DNA of 64,000 nt from a virus: the IMG/VR virus record IMGVR_UViG_3300034102_003113. The stretch is one strand, 5' to 3'. The position numbers and the translations under genes are program-made. The first letter of the stretch is position 1, and the number at the start of each line of letters is the position of its first letter. The notes under the pieces were generated by a model. The model was not told the origin of the DNA and made no database searches. It was given only the letters and a program-made list of their open reading frames with translations. Below, piece after piece: positions 29,346 through 39,363 of the stretch.

Positions 29346-32300
29346 GTGTCTAGTCTGTATCGTTGCCGAGCCAGAGTAGCTTATAAGCCTTTCAATTCTG
29401 AGAGGCTTATTGTCTTTGAGGAAAAACAGATCCAAGAGATGAGCGTAAAGCTCAAATGGAACAATACGTTCCCCTCAATGAACTCTCAGGGTACTAACTC
29501 AGCCGATGCCTACACATCTGGAATAAGTCAATCTACCTGCCAAGTAACCATCTCAGATCCTTATCTGACAGGGGCCGCTTGGCCAGCATTATTTGACGCT
29601 GCCTCAATGTGGTCGGCGTCTAATACCGCTCAGACAAATAACATTATTCTTCCTCCTTGTGGGGAGAACCAGGATCCTGTAAGAGATAAGTGCTTTCGTT
29701 ACGCTTCGATAGACGATAGCGCTCTTATCAACTCTGATGGTACCTCTAGAGAACTTTCTAGTACCTTCGCCCATATCATAATTTCATTATGGTACGAGGT
29801 TAATGGAACATCGTTCGGATCCGATTATTACTTCAGAGTAAATAGAATCAGTGTTAATCATGGGGCTAATTACCCCTCGGTTACGTTGGCCGGTACTGAA
29901 CCAAAAGCAGTTGTCTTCAATCAAAATCTTATCAATGTAAAATTTGATGAAGGAATGTCTGTTGAGGAAGCATTAAAGAAAATTGCTGAAGAAAGCGGAT
30001 ATAAAGCAAGTTTCTGTGTTCCACCTGGCGAAAAAACAACTGATCCATACATCCTCCCACGCTCAATTATCTATAAAGGCGTAACGCCTGATGAGGCGAT
30101 GAAAAAACTCATCGGAGCGACAGGAGGATCTATGCTCTCCCTCCCAGTCAAAGAATTTGGAAATCGAGTGAGCATATGTACTCGAGGCGAGATTACTCAG
30201 AGCTGCACTGTGTTCTATCTAGGTAAAGGACTCTATGAGTCATACCAGATTGATGGCGAACCGCCTGTCACGTTTGCTGCAAGAAACACTCAGAGTGGCG
30301 CAAGTATTAATAATGGCGATCCATACACCTCGGCAAGTTTTGCAGCGGAAAAATACTCTATAAAAGAAGTTATCAAAGAGAAAAGAATCAAAGCCCTAGA
30401 GCAGGTTAAAAAGGTAACTTTCCCAGATCTTTTTAAATCATGTGATAAGAGATGCCAAGGACCACTGTCCGATGGGTATGGATGGTCTGGCGCTGGTCCT
30501 AGTATTGAGAATAAAAGATACATTAAGACAAACTTTTATGGCATAGCACCTAACGGCACTCAGGCTATTTCCTATCTTCCTGGCAAGGTGGAGAGCGCAT
30601 CGGAGGATGAGGGGAAAGTTGTTATTAAGACAGAGTTCTGGTTTCAGGTGTGCAAAGAGGATAAATCAGAAAAATGCTTTGGCCGGTATATCTACCAAGA
30701 GTCGACAAACCTCTCCGATGTTAAAGTAAAGCGCGGAGATGAGGTTAAGATCTCTCAGGCTATCGGCTCATCTACAACAGATAAAAAAGAACTAACCAGG
30801 TTTTATATCCAAGGTCATAGTAATGAATTTACTACCATAGACCCACAGCTTATCTGGAATTGGGCATCACCTGCTGAAACTGCAGCGGATTTTCAAAATA
30901 AAGATGCTCCTTCCTCAACTCCTACTGGACAGACCCCACCACCATCAAACCAATCTACATCTGGAAGTTTATTAGTAGGCAGAGTAGGATCAACTGGGTC
31001 CTCAACTGGTCCTCATCTTCATGCAGAAAAATTTCCCCAAGGACAAACTGGAGGCCGTGGACAACGCATAGTATCTGCTGATGTAGACCCCTATGTATCC
31101 ATCGGTGGCACTCCAGCTAGTACTTGGGGAGTTTATTCTCCATATGGTCCTAGGTCTGGAGGAATGCATTATGGTATAGATTTTTCAGGACCGGGACCTG
31201 GAGGGAAGAACATAAATAGCCAACCAGTTACTGTAACTGGAGGCGCAAAGATACTAAAAACAGGATATGATGGGGGGTATGGTAACTTTGTTGAAATACG
31301 TACGCCTGCCGGATACGACTTACTTTTAGCCCACCTTCAAGACCAATCAATTCCTCCTAATTTACCTAGTTTGACTAGTTCCGACTCGGCGGGCAATACT
31401 GAGCCCACTATTGCAACGGCCCCGGCCAATAAGGCACTGACCATTGAAACTTCATTTAAGGGCGTACCACGTGCTCTTCGGATTACACCTGGTAGAACCA
31501 TTCTGTCTTTTATCACTGATTATGATAAGTGGGTGGAGAATGGCGGGCCACGTGGCCAGGATCCATCCACCGATCCCGGCGTATGGTTGCCTTCAAGGTT
31601 TAGGAACTGGTTTGTTGGAGAGGTCGAGTTTGTCTGGAGGCAAGGAGACCTTAGGGTTAATATTGAGGCAAATAACGCTTGGGGTAATAGCGTTATTTTT
31701 GCCCCCACTTTCCCCGATTATCTACAAGGACAGCAGGGCACTGGCGAGTTTGAAATTACAAAAGACTATTATGGGTATATAAGATCCATAGGTGATTTAT
31801 GCTTCCCAATAAAAAATAAAGATGGGAAGATGACTAACTCATGTAAAGAACTTTGCAAAGAGGCTCAGGAATTTTATAAGAAGTATGGTTCTGGGGAAGG
31901 AAGTACAGACACCACCACATCTGCCTCTGGAGATGGCGGAGCGGGGTCTCAGACGGGGTTCCCTGTTGCTAAATGTCAATACACAGGGACGAAATACGAC
32001 CAGGCCAAAGTCAACAAGATCATCAACGCAGCCTACTCTGGTGGAATAAGAACAAACATAGGTCTAGCGGGTGTAGTTGCAAACGCTATCTGGGAATCAC
32101 GTCTAGACCCTAAAGCCCGCGGAGATAACGGTGATGCCTGGGGTGTCTTCCAATGGAACTCACGTAGGCCCGGATTGATCGCCTATGCACAGAGCGTTGG
32201 TGGAGATCCGAATAACTTCGATGTGCAGATGGGATACTTTGTAAAAGAACTTAAGACATCTGAATCAGCAACAGTCCCAGCTGTTAATGGGGCAGGGACT

Positions 32301-32414
32301 CTAGCCGCAGCAACTGAGCAATTTGAAAGAAAATTTGAACGAGCTGGTATCCCAAAAATTCAGGATAGAATTGCAATAGCTAATGAAATCTTCCCATCAT
32401 TTAGTTGCTCATGA
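29346..32414 (+). CDS. baseplate hub-like tail protein with M23 peptidase and phage tail lysozyme domains
   Basis: Hub-like N-terminus (EEALKKIAEESGY); M23 motifs GSTGSSTGPHLH, HYGIDF, YGNFVEI; tail lysozyme motifs AGVVANAIWES.LDP, GVFQW, FERKFERAG. Confidence 0.75.
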   Translation: MSSLYRCRARVAYKPFNSERLIVFEEKQIQEMSVKLKWNNTFPSMNSQGTNSADAYTSGISQSTCQVTISDPYLTGAAWPALFDAASMWSASNTAQTNNIILPPCGENQDPVRDKCFRYASIDDSALINSDGTSRELSSTFAHIIISLWYEVNGTSFGSDYYFRVNRISVNHGANYPSVTLAGTEPKAVVFNQNLINVKFDEGMSVEEALKKIAEESGYKASFCVPPGEKTTDPYILPRSIIYKGVTPDEAMKKLIGATGGSMLSLPVKEFGNRVSICTRGEITQSCTVFYLGKGLYESYQIDGEPPVTFAARNTQSGASINNGDPYTSASFAAEKYSIKEVIKEKRIKALEQVKKVTFPDLFKSCDKRCQGPLSDGYGWSGAGPSIENKRYIKTNFYGIAPNGTQAISYLPGKVESASEDEGKVVIKTEFWFQVCKEDKSEKCFGRYIYQESTNLSDVKVKRGDEVKISQAIGSSTTDKKELTRFYIQGHSNEFTTIDPQLIWNWASPAETAADFQNKDAPSSTPTGQTPPPSNQSTSGSLLVGRVGSTGSSTGPHLHAEKFPQGQTGGRGQRIVSADVDPYVSIGGTPASTWGVYSPYGPRSGGMHYGIDFSGPGPGGKNINSQPVTVTGGAKILKTGYDGGYGNFVEIRTPAGYDLLLAHLQDQSIPPNLPSLTSSDSAGNTEPTIATAPANKALTIETSFKGVPRALRITPGRTILSFITDYDKWVENGGPRGQDPSTDPGVWLPSRFRNWFVGEVEFVWRQGDLRVNIEANNAWGNSVIFAPTFPDYLQGQQGTGEFEITKDYYGYIRSIGDLCFPIKNKDGKMTNSCKELCKEAQEFYKKYGSGEGSTDTTTSASGDGGAGSQTGFPVAKCQYTGTKYDQAKVNKIINAAYSGGIRTNIGLAGVVANAIWESRLDPKARGDNGDAWGVFQWNSRRPGLIAYAQSVGGDPNNFDVQMGYFVKELKTSESATVPAVNGAGTLAAATEQFERKFERAGIPKIQDRIAIANEIFPSFSCS

Positions 32415-33097
32415 TACCAAGGATAATAGCCAGCGGGGTAATGGCGGCAGTATTAAACTCTGCCAAAAAGGAACTACTTGAGACCGCAAAGTCTCAAATA
32501 ATTAAATCTCAAAAAGAAGCATTAAGAAAGGACCTCCTTGCGAAGGTAGCCGCACAATACACCCGCGAGGCAGAACATAATTTTAGCCAATACATCCAGG
32601 CTTTAGAATCATCTCAGGTAGAGATTAGTTTTCAAGGGAAACCTGGTGAGGCCCTTATTACAAGGGCACAATCTGCGGTAGATGAATTAGAAAACTACCT
32701 CGATAGGCAAAACCCTGACGGGGCCGTTATCCAGTTTCTTAAGAGGCGATATAATGAGGAGGGGATTAATATTATCACAGGGAGATTGTATGCAGGTCAT
32801 CTTGTCAATAAAAAATCCCAGGGTGTTTACGAGGTAGCTAATAAGATGGGTTACGCTGCTCCTGTAGATAAAAGAAAACCCTGGTTATCTAGCGAGAAGA
32901 CAACTCAGGGGGTCGAGGAATTATTGGCCAATGCAGCCAAAGAAATTTTTGAACTTACATTTGAGGATCTTGATTTAAGCTCAGATGCTGCGTTGTTGAA
33001 GTTTACGTCTGGAGGTATGGGATTTAAATCACCACAAAAGATGTCTAATAAACCTCCCACTCAAGTAAAATCAAAACGCAAGAAAAAGAAAAAGTAA
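32411..33097 (+). CDS. putative virion morphogenesis/tail-completion protein
   Basis: TGRL...VANKMGYAAPV...PWL resembles HK97 gp10-like proteins; Lys-rich tail; ATGA overlap. Confidence 0.4.
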   Translation: MIPRIIASGVMAAVLNSAKKELLETAKSQIIKSQKEALRKDLLAKVAAQYTREAEHNFSQYIQALESSQVEISFQGKPGEALITRAQSAVDELENYLDRQNPDGAVIQFLKRRYNEEGINIITGRLYAGHLVNKKSQGVYEVANKMGYAAPVDKRKPWLSSEKTTQGVEELLANAAKEIFELTFEDLDLSSDAALLKFTSGGMGFKSPQKMSNKPPTQVKSKRKKKKK

Positions 33098-33796
33098 CTA
33101 ACCGTAGTACTTAGATCCTTTCTCAAGGTTAGCCTTAGCGCTTAGGGCTTGTAGGTTTGCATTGATGGCATGATAGTCAAACCAACTCTCTGCAAGAGAC
33201 GTGTCTTTAAAATAACATTTTGTCCCTTTGCAATGCACGTCAATCCGTTCCAGATCAACCTTTTCCTCCCTGCACCACTCTTCGACAAGGTTTTTAAATG
33301 GATAAGAATGGTCTATATGAAATTCTCCAGCGTTAATAAATACCCCGTGGACAGGGCACCTCATTGGTTTTCTTTTGAGCTGACGGTTGACACTAAGCCT
33401 AAATGTTTTGATTTGTGGTTCTATGATTTGTCTCATAGCCACTAAGGCATCCTTCTTATTTTGCTTATATTCAGGGATTGGCTTCGCTCTAGGAAAAAGT
33501 TCATCAGTAACTTTACCCTTCCCAAGCCATACTTCCCTCTTCGACCTAGAGGTAATCATGACAATGCCTTTCACGGCTTTGCCTTGAAACTTTTTATTAC
33601 GAATTTTATATTTTACAGCACCGCGGTCCTTAATTACTTTCCATTTTGGGATTAGGTCAGTGACAGAGTTTAAAAACTCCTCATCATCCCCTTTTACAAA
33701 GTAGTTGCACTCTGTTCCATTGACGACTTCTGTCCACTTTTTTTCGAAGCCTCCCTTCGTGTACTCACTACCTTGGATGGATATGATGCGTCGCAT
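33098..33796 (-). CDS. DCL/DUF3223-like protein with HNH-type nuclease motifs
   Basis: AMRQIIEPQI, CPV, FHIDH..PF, W.DYH...A.LQ.L...N. Confidence 0.55.
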   Translation of the reverse strand: MRRIISIQGSEYTKGGFEKKWTEVVNGTECNYFVKGDDEEFLNSVTDLIPKWKVIKDRGAVKYKIRNKKFQGKAVKGIVMITSRSKREVWLGKGKVTDELFPRAKPIPEYKQNKKDALVAMRQIIEPQIKTFRLSVNRQLKRKPMRCPVHGVFINAGEFHIDHSYPFKNLVEEWCREEKVDLERIDVHCKGTKCYFKDTSLAESWFDYHAINANLQALSAKANLEKGSKYYG

Positions 33797-34479
33797 AATA
33801 TAAACTCAATAAGTTGTTCTGAATATTTTTTAATATCATCCGCGTTTTTAAGATGGGGATTCTTGCGGACAAGGGTAGATACAGACCTTTTCTTAACCAA
33901 ATAGTCCATGAGAAAAGTCTCATCATCTGGCTCAAGATCAGTGATTTTATGGAGAAGGTCACGATGACTCATCATAAAGTCCCCCATTGTCACTTCTGAT
34001 TCGTACTCTGGCTCAATAATGTTAGAGTACTCTGTTACAGGGGAAAAACTCATTGCAAATGCCTGTCGCACTGCACGAATCTTTTTAACAGACACCTGGA
34101 TCTTTTCGGCAATCTGATCATCGGTGATATCAGGATCCGTTGTTGTGTATTTGCGGATTTTTAGATACAGATCCGAGTAGGAGCGCGGAATCTTTACTAG
34201 GCGGGAGTTATCACGGAGGTAGTTAAGCATATGAAATTGTAGGCACCTATTCACCCAAGTAGAAAAATTTGCGCCCTTGCTCTGATCCCAGGAATCATAG
34301 ATCTTTACAATGTACTCTAGCGCTGCATCTCTAAGTTCCTCATAAGGCAACCCAGTAAACGACGAGATCTTCTTCGCCACCTGTGAAGCCTTCCACATCT
34401 GTGATATAATTTGCTCATCACGTTCGGATCTACCTCTCCGTGACTTGCGCTTCTCCTGCTTATCAGATTCTGTGGTCAT
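33694..34479 (-). CDS. RNA polymerase sigma factor (sigma70 family, SigB/SigF-like)
   Basis: Region 2 motif WDQSKGANFSTW...MLNYLRDNSRLVKIPR; region 3 HTH DQIAEKIQVS. Confidence 0.85.
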   Translation of the reverse strand: MTTESDKQEKRKSRRGRSERDEQIISQMWKASQVAKKISSFTGLPYEELRDAALEYIVKIYDSWDQSKGANFSTWVNRCLQFHMLNYLRDNSRLVKIPRSYSDLYLKIRKYTTTDPDITDDQIAEKIQVSVKKIRAVRQAFAMSFSPVTEYSNIIEPEYESEVTMGDFMMSHRDLLHKITDLEPDDETFLMDYLVKKRSVSTLVRKNPHLKNADDIKKYSEQLIEFILCDASYPSKVVSTRREASKKSGQKSSMEQSATTL

Positions 34480-34793
34480 ACTGCTTCAATTGCTCCAATA
34501 ATAAATTCTTTGAGTTGAGACTTTGCCAAAATACCCTCTGTATTTAGCCCAAGAAGATTCGATTCATTGCCAAACACGGCAAAGTTAGGTGTTCCGTCAC
34601 ACTCAATCTGGTCACAAAATGCCCAGTCATCGGTGGTTACATCCCACTCTCCAAACCCCACAGCATAATGTGGATACTCCTCGGCAATCTCATTTGCTGT
34701 TTCTGCCCAGACAGGTTTCATAGCATTGCATGCTGCGCATCCCGGTTGGTGAAAGAAAACAACTCTATGCTTAAATTGTTGTTGATCTGACAT
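34476..34793 (-). CDS. thioredoxin-family protein
   Basis: FHQPGCAACNAMKP (CxxC) and cis-Pro loop GTP. Confidence 0.85.
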   Translation of the reverse strand: MSDQQQFKHRVVFFHQPGCAACNAMKPVWAETANEIAEEYPHYAVGFGEWDVTTDDWAFCDQIECDGTPNFAVFGNESNLLGLNTEGILAKSQLKEFIIGAIEAV

Positions 34794-34824
34794 AATTTGT
34801 ATTCTTGCAAGTAATACGTTATGT

Positions 34825-34833
34825 ATTATACCA
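34825..34833 (-). promoter_or_regulatory. extended -10 promoter TGGTATAAT
   Basis: Minus strand, upstream of the trx-sigma-HNH genes. Confidence 0.6.
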
Positions 34834-36447
34834 TTAAAGATATCTTGTTGCAGACGTCTTAGGGTTAGTACCAGTGTCTATCTTGCCAATATCACTAGAG
34901 AGTCTTCTAGACCCACCACGGTAGAATGGGTCATGGACGAGTCGGGGAAGTTGTTTTCTATCTCCACCATGAACCGTCCTACCACCCATAATCTCATCGC
35001 GATAGACCGTGATTCCGTAGACAAATGCGTCTACAAAGTCATCGTTTTTAATAAATGGGAATGATGTAAGTTCGGACATCCGCTCCCCCAGATTAGGTAG
35101 ATTCTCATATAGAGAGACCAGACCGTCCTCCGCAAGTGGGGCAATTGCGTTTGCCCTCAACACCTTATCCTTATTAGGTACTAACTCTTTAATTGAGACA
35201 TTGATGGTTCTTTTAAGCGTTTGAATAAGCGGGACTCCTTGCGCTCGACCCTCAATGTATATGCATCTAATCTTCCACGTCTTTACGAGTTGTGGGAAGA
35301 TCTTTTCAAGGTCTGGGAACTCCATCCGTTCTAGGATATAATGCACAAGATGGAGTTTTGATTCCCGCTTATCATATCCCCAGATACATATGGCAGTATA
35401 GTCGTTCATTCGATCGGCCTTATACGCCGTGTCGATGGTCGCGTAGATATAGGCATACTTCGATTTATTTTTGGCATGGTAGTCAAACCAATGCTCTTTA
35501 AAGATTGCACCCTGGTCACCTGCAGGTCGACCTTGGTATAGGGAATTGAAATCTTTGTCCCCGATGGATTTTTTAATCGCCTCAAGGTTTTCTACTGGAA
35601 AGAATTGTGGCCAATGCGACTCACCAAGTTTCCTCCCAAGCACGTCGTTTTCCTCATTGGTGCATAAAGCCGGTACATTAAGTTCTTTCCAGCCTTCTGG
35701 GTCGGCCTTAAGCAACCTACCAATTACATCGTCGGTATGAAACCTTGTGCCCATGGAGATGATTGCATGGTTAGGAAGACCACGTGTCAAGAACTGCGCC
35801 TGAGTCCAAGCAAAAGTGCTCTCCATAATAGTCAATGAGTTACCATCCGCAAGAAGGTCGTCTAGAATCCCGACTCCAGGGAGTTCCTCGTCACTAATCA
35901 CACCAAAACCAAAACCGGTAACATTACCACCTGCCGAAGCAATCTTAATCAGGCCCCCATTACCATTGCGAATAGCGCTGAGATTACATTTATCCTTATC
36001 GATTTCACACTCTGGAAAAAGCCATGCAAAACTCTTATGTGAGATGTACTCAATCACCGCCCTAGAGTTCTCATTTGTCAGAGACAGGGCATAAGAACTC
36101 ATAATAAACTGAGCTGTAGGACTCCGGCCCATCTGCCAGGACGGAAATACCTTGGAGATCAGCAATGACTTTCCTGTACGTGGAGGAAGGGAGATTGCAC
36201 TCTGCTTATATCCCTTTTCACCATCTCCGATCTTCTGGAGAAAATCTCCAATAACCTCATGGACATGAAAAGGTTGGAATTTTCCGGCGATAGGGACCTC
36301 CGAAGTGATAAAACGTGCGTACGTTAAGAAATCAGTTCGGCATTTTAACCGGAGTAGTTCTTGCTTGTCTGTGGGAGAGAGGGACAAGATATCCCCCTCC
36401 ATCTCCTTAACAATCTGCCTTTCCTTCTTTACGTCTGCCTTGTTCAT
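34834..36447 (-). CDS. terL: terminase large subunit
   Basis: LPPRTGKS Walker A, GILDD Walker B, MGTRFH, LYQGRP; nuclease-domain IDTA and DDFVDA. Confidence 0.92.
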   Translation of the reverse strand: MNKADVKKERQIVKEMEGDILSLSPTDKQELLRLKCRTDFLTYARFITSEVPIAGKFQPFHVHEVIGDFLQKIGDGEKGYKQSAISLPPRTGKSLLISKVFPSWQMGRSPTAQFIMSSYALSLTNENSRAVIEYISHKSFAWLFPECEIDKDKCNLSAIRNGNGGLIKIASAGGNVTGFGFGVISDEELPGVGILDDLLADGNSLTIMESTFAWTQAQFLTRGLPNHAIISMGTRFHTDDVIGRLLKADPEGWKELNVPALCTNEENDVLGRKLGESHWPQFFPVENLEAIKKSIGDKDFNSLYQGRPAGDQGAIFKEHWFDYHAKNKSKYAYIYATIDTAYKADRMNDYTAICIWGYDKRESKLHLVHYILERMEFPDLEKIFPQLVKTWKIRCIYIEGRAQGVPLIQTLKRTINVSIKELVPNKDKVLRANAIAPLAEDGLVSLYENLPNLGERMSELTSFPFIKNDDFVDAFVYGITVYRDEIMGGRTVHGGDRKQLPRLVHDPFYRGGSRRLSSDIGKIDTGTNPKTSATRYL

Positions 36448-39355
36448 AATTAATTTGGTCTAGGATGGATGAGATTTCCTGTTGTTCATTTGGAGATAGG
36501 CCAGAGCTTGGAAGGTCGAAATACTTAGATGGTAGGGAATTACCGAGTAGTGAGATCGGTTCTGGTGGGGTAGGGGAGTTTATCTTGGCTTCTAAAGAAT
36601 CCTTAAGCACTTTATTTTTATCCCGCTTTGTTTTGCATTTGCCAAATGTTGGTGGGAGTTCTTTGGGGATTAGGCCCAATACAAAGTCGGCAAGATCTAC
36701 TAAGTCTTTTGCAGGTTCTAACTCTTTCCATTCTCCATGAGCAGTTTTTAGGAAGTTATTAGTTATAAATAATGCTTCTTTCTTTGATGTAGCATTTAAC
36801 CGTGCTATTCTTGTTATATTTTTGAATACGTTTAGTAAACTATCAGTAGGTACAACTCCAACTCTTCCGCCATCTTTGGTATGGTCCAGACGTTTTACGT
36901 AGTTAAATGTATCTTTTATTGCTTTGGATGTTTCAATAATACTGAGTAATGTCTGAGAGAAGAATGACGAATTACCCACCATGAGTTTATTAATCAATCT
37001 GTATTGAGCATCAATAAGTTTTCTTTCAATAGACTCTACTTTCGTTATATTATTATCTGTTTGCTTAAATGCTTTCTCTATAGCTTCAAAGGTGTATGTA
37101 AGTTCTGACCATAACTCCGGCCAGTCAGCATGTTTTGCCCCTTCAATCCTATCGGCCATCTCCGAAAGTCTTTTGACCCCCTTGATAAGTTGAGTTAGGT
37201 CCCATTGATTACCACCAGAATCGCATAGATCTTCACCTACCTTTGTCGGAATCAGATCCAGGATGTCAGAGAGCGGGTTATTATTGTTATCAGTTGGATC
37301 ACCTTTTGGAGAATAGGAACTATTATTTGTTGATACAACGCTTCCGCATGGATCGAGTAACTTATTCCCATCGGAATCTTCGCCATGCTGAGTCTTTCTA
37401 CATTTTGGGTCGCATGGGCAATCCAACCCTCCCCCACCAAATAACCCACCAAGGCCAGGTATTCCTCCTAGGATAGATGAGACCGGATTTATTCCAGTGA
37501 GCGCAGAGAACGCACTCAACCCTAACCCTGCAGGACCAAGGAACGAAGTAAATTGCCCTCCTAATCCAACAAGTTGGAGAGCAGATGTTGCTAATTGCGG
37601 AACACCCTCAAGCCCTCCTAAGTTAGGAATTCCAGGTAGATTTGCAAAACTAGTGGCCATTTGGGCGATCTCACCAAGATCCCCACTTGAAAGCTTATTA
37701 ATAATATCCCCAGAGAGAACATTAGAAAGACCACCAATCCCACCCGCAGTAGAGATGATCTGATTGATGGAGTCTGGGAGGGAAAGATCTAAAGCGCCTA
37801 CCGCGCTTCCGATAATATTATTTATAGAGACAGGTTGGTCATTAAGAATATCTTTACCTATGTCCCATATTGGTGAGACAAACTGCGCCACTTCAGGAGG
37901 TAGTTGAGAAAGACCGAGCATCGCAGCACTATCGATTGCCCCTAAAGCCCCTCCGGCCATATATGCTGAGTATACTCCAGCTACTTGAGAAGGCAGAGCA
38001 TTAAATGCCTGGTTTAGGGAGTTCTTACCAATAATCTGAAGAGCATCATCCAGGGTATTATTTCTAATCCCCCGAGCAAGTACATCTCCAGCACCTCCTA
38101 GGGTGCGGAGGATTGCTACCAACTCATCATCAATGACTCCACCGCGGTTAATTGCAGAAACTATTTGTGAGGTGATAGCATCTACGGACTGATTGGAGTT
38201 ATTTGCAATAGCAATCTTTGCTAAGTTGCTTAATGTATCCGCCCCATTAAACTTACCAGGTAGAGCATTGGCTGCAATCATTGCCACCTTAAGTGCTGGG
38301 TCAGAAGCAATAGGAGCTATGGCTCTCCCAGCGGCCTCTAAGACTGCCTTTCCAGCCTTACCAACAAAGTCTTGGGAGGATGGAGAAGCTTTTTGAGCCA
38401 GAGCTGGCATCGGTTTTTTAGAAGCCAGGAAATCCTTTCTTGTCGGAGGCGGATCGTTAGGATAGAACTGGATTGGTTTCCTAGACCCGGAACTCACCCA
38501 CTTCATCTGCTTCTGGTATCTGAGGCAGATTGCCAACTCTGAATCTAACCCCGTATCAATAACAGCTTCCATCCCGTGGTTTTTCTCTGTGCAAGATGGA
38601 AGAGTTGTACGGAATACTACCGGAGGTGAAGATAAAGGCATCCATGAGAAATCACCATTCTCATCTCTCCGACACATTAACATTGTCGATCTAAACTTTT
38701 TATCCTCAGTGAACTCTCTAACTTCTCCTTCTAGAGCCTGAGAGCATTTTGGCATTCCAGATTCCTTAGAAAGGTTTGTAGTCACTGGGGATTCTACAAC
38801 TCCAGGGTCGAATCCTTTCTCAACTATTTTGCCATGGGTAAGAGACTTCCAGGCATAGACCGAATCCTCACCCTCTTGGGTGTTGTTACGACGAAGGCAA
38901 ATAACAACGTCCTGATTTACTTCATTTTCGAGTAGGTAGATCCGCCCGGCATTATCCTCATTGCATCTCATACCTGGATCTGAAGAAGCATTTCCTGCCT
39001 CCATCTGCTCACCAAGTATTGTGAGTTGGACAGGGGTTCCTACACCACTCCCTCTGGGGTCTTTGTTAAAAATCTGACTAACAAATGCATCATTAGTATT
39101 CCCGCTGGCCTTAGAAATCAGACATGGTGACCCAATATATTGCGAACTTAGATGGCCTTTATGACTCCCTTGGACATACATCCAATCCGACGTCATCCCA
39201 GCATAAAGTGCCTTCACCCTCCCAAGTCTCTTAGGATCTGAAACCGAAACAATCGTACCTATTTCATTAAATGGGTCACCAAAAGGTCCGCCAATAGCCT
39301 CTGAACTACGTGTGGCTAATTCCTTAAGTCCTTGGAGCTCATCAAAAAATCCCAT
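36407..39355 (-). CDS. baseplate spike-like (gpV/gp5 OB-fold) protein with a long C-terminal extension
   Basis: GTIVSVSDPKRLGRVK...SDW OB-fold start; three Cys-Trp repeats; Gly/Leu-rich helical region. Confidence 0.65.
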   Translation of the reverse strand: MGFFDELQGLKELATRSSEAIGGPFGDPFNEIGTIVSVSDPKRLGRVKALYAGMTSDWMYVQGSHKGHLSSQYIGSPCLISKASGNTNDAFVSQIFNKDPRGSGVGTPVQLTILGEQMEAGNASSDPGMRCNEDNAGRIYLLENEVNQDVVICLRRNNTQEGEDSVYAWKSLTHGKIVEKGFDPGVVESPVTTNLSKESGMPKCSQALEGEVREFTEDKKFRSTMLMCRRDENGDFSWMPLSSPPVVFRTTLPSCTEKNHGMEAVIDTGLDSELAICLRYQKQMKWVSSGSRKPIQFYPNDPPPTRKDFLASKKPMPALAQKASPSSQDFVGKAGKAVLEAAGRAIAPIASDPALKVAMIAANALPGKFNGADTLSNLAKIAIANNSNQSVDAITSQIVSAINRGGVIDDELVAILRTLGGAGDVLARGIRNNTLDDALQIIGKNSLNQAFNALPSQVAGVYSAYMAGGALGAIDSAAMLGLSQLPPEVAQFVSPIWDIGKDILNDQPVSINNIIGSAVGALDLSLPDSINQIISTAGGIGGLSNVLSGDIINKLSSGDLGEIAQMATSFANLPGIPNLGGLEGVPQLATSALQLVGLGGQFTSFLGPAGLGLSAFSALTGINPVSSILGGIPGLGGLFGGGGLDCPCDPKCRKTQHGEDSDGNKLLDPCGSVVSTNNSSYSPKGDPTDNNNNPLSDILDLIPTKVGEDLCDSGGNQWDLTQLIKGVKRLSEMADRIEGAKHADWPELWSELTYTFEAIEKAFKQTDNNITKVESIERKLIDAQYRLINKLMVGNSSFFSQTLLSIIETSKAIKDTFNYVKRLDHTKDGGRVGVVPTDSLLNVFKNITRIARLNATSKKEALFITNNFLKTAHGEWKELEPAKDLVDLADFVLGLIPKELPPTFGKCKTKRDKNKVLKDSLEAKINSPTPPEPISLLGNSLPSKYFDLPSSGLSPNEQQEISSILDQINYEQGRRKEGKADC

Positions 39356-39363
39356 AACTTATA

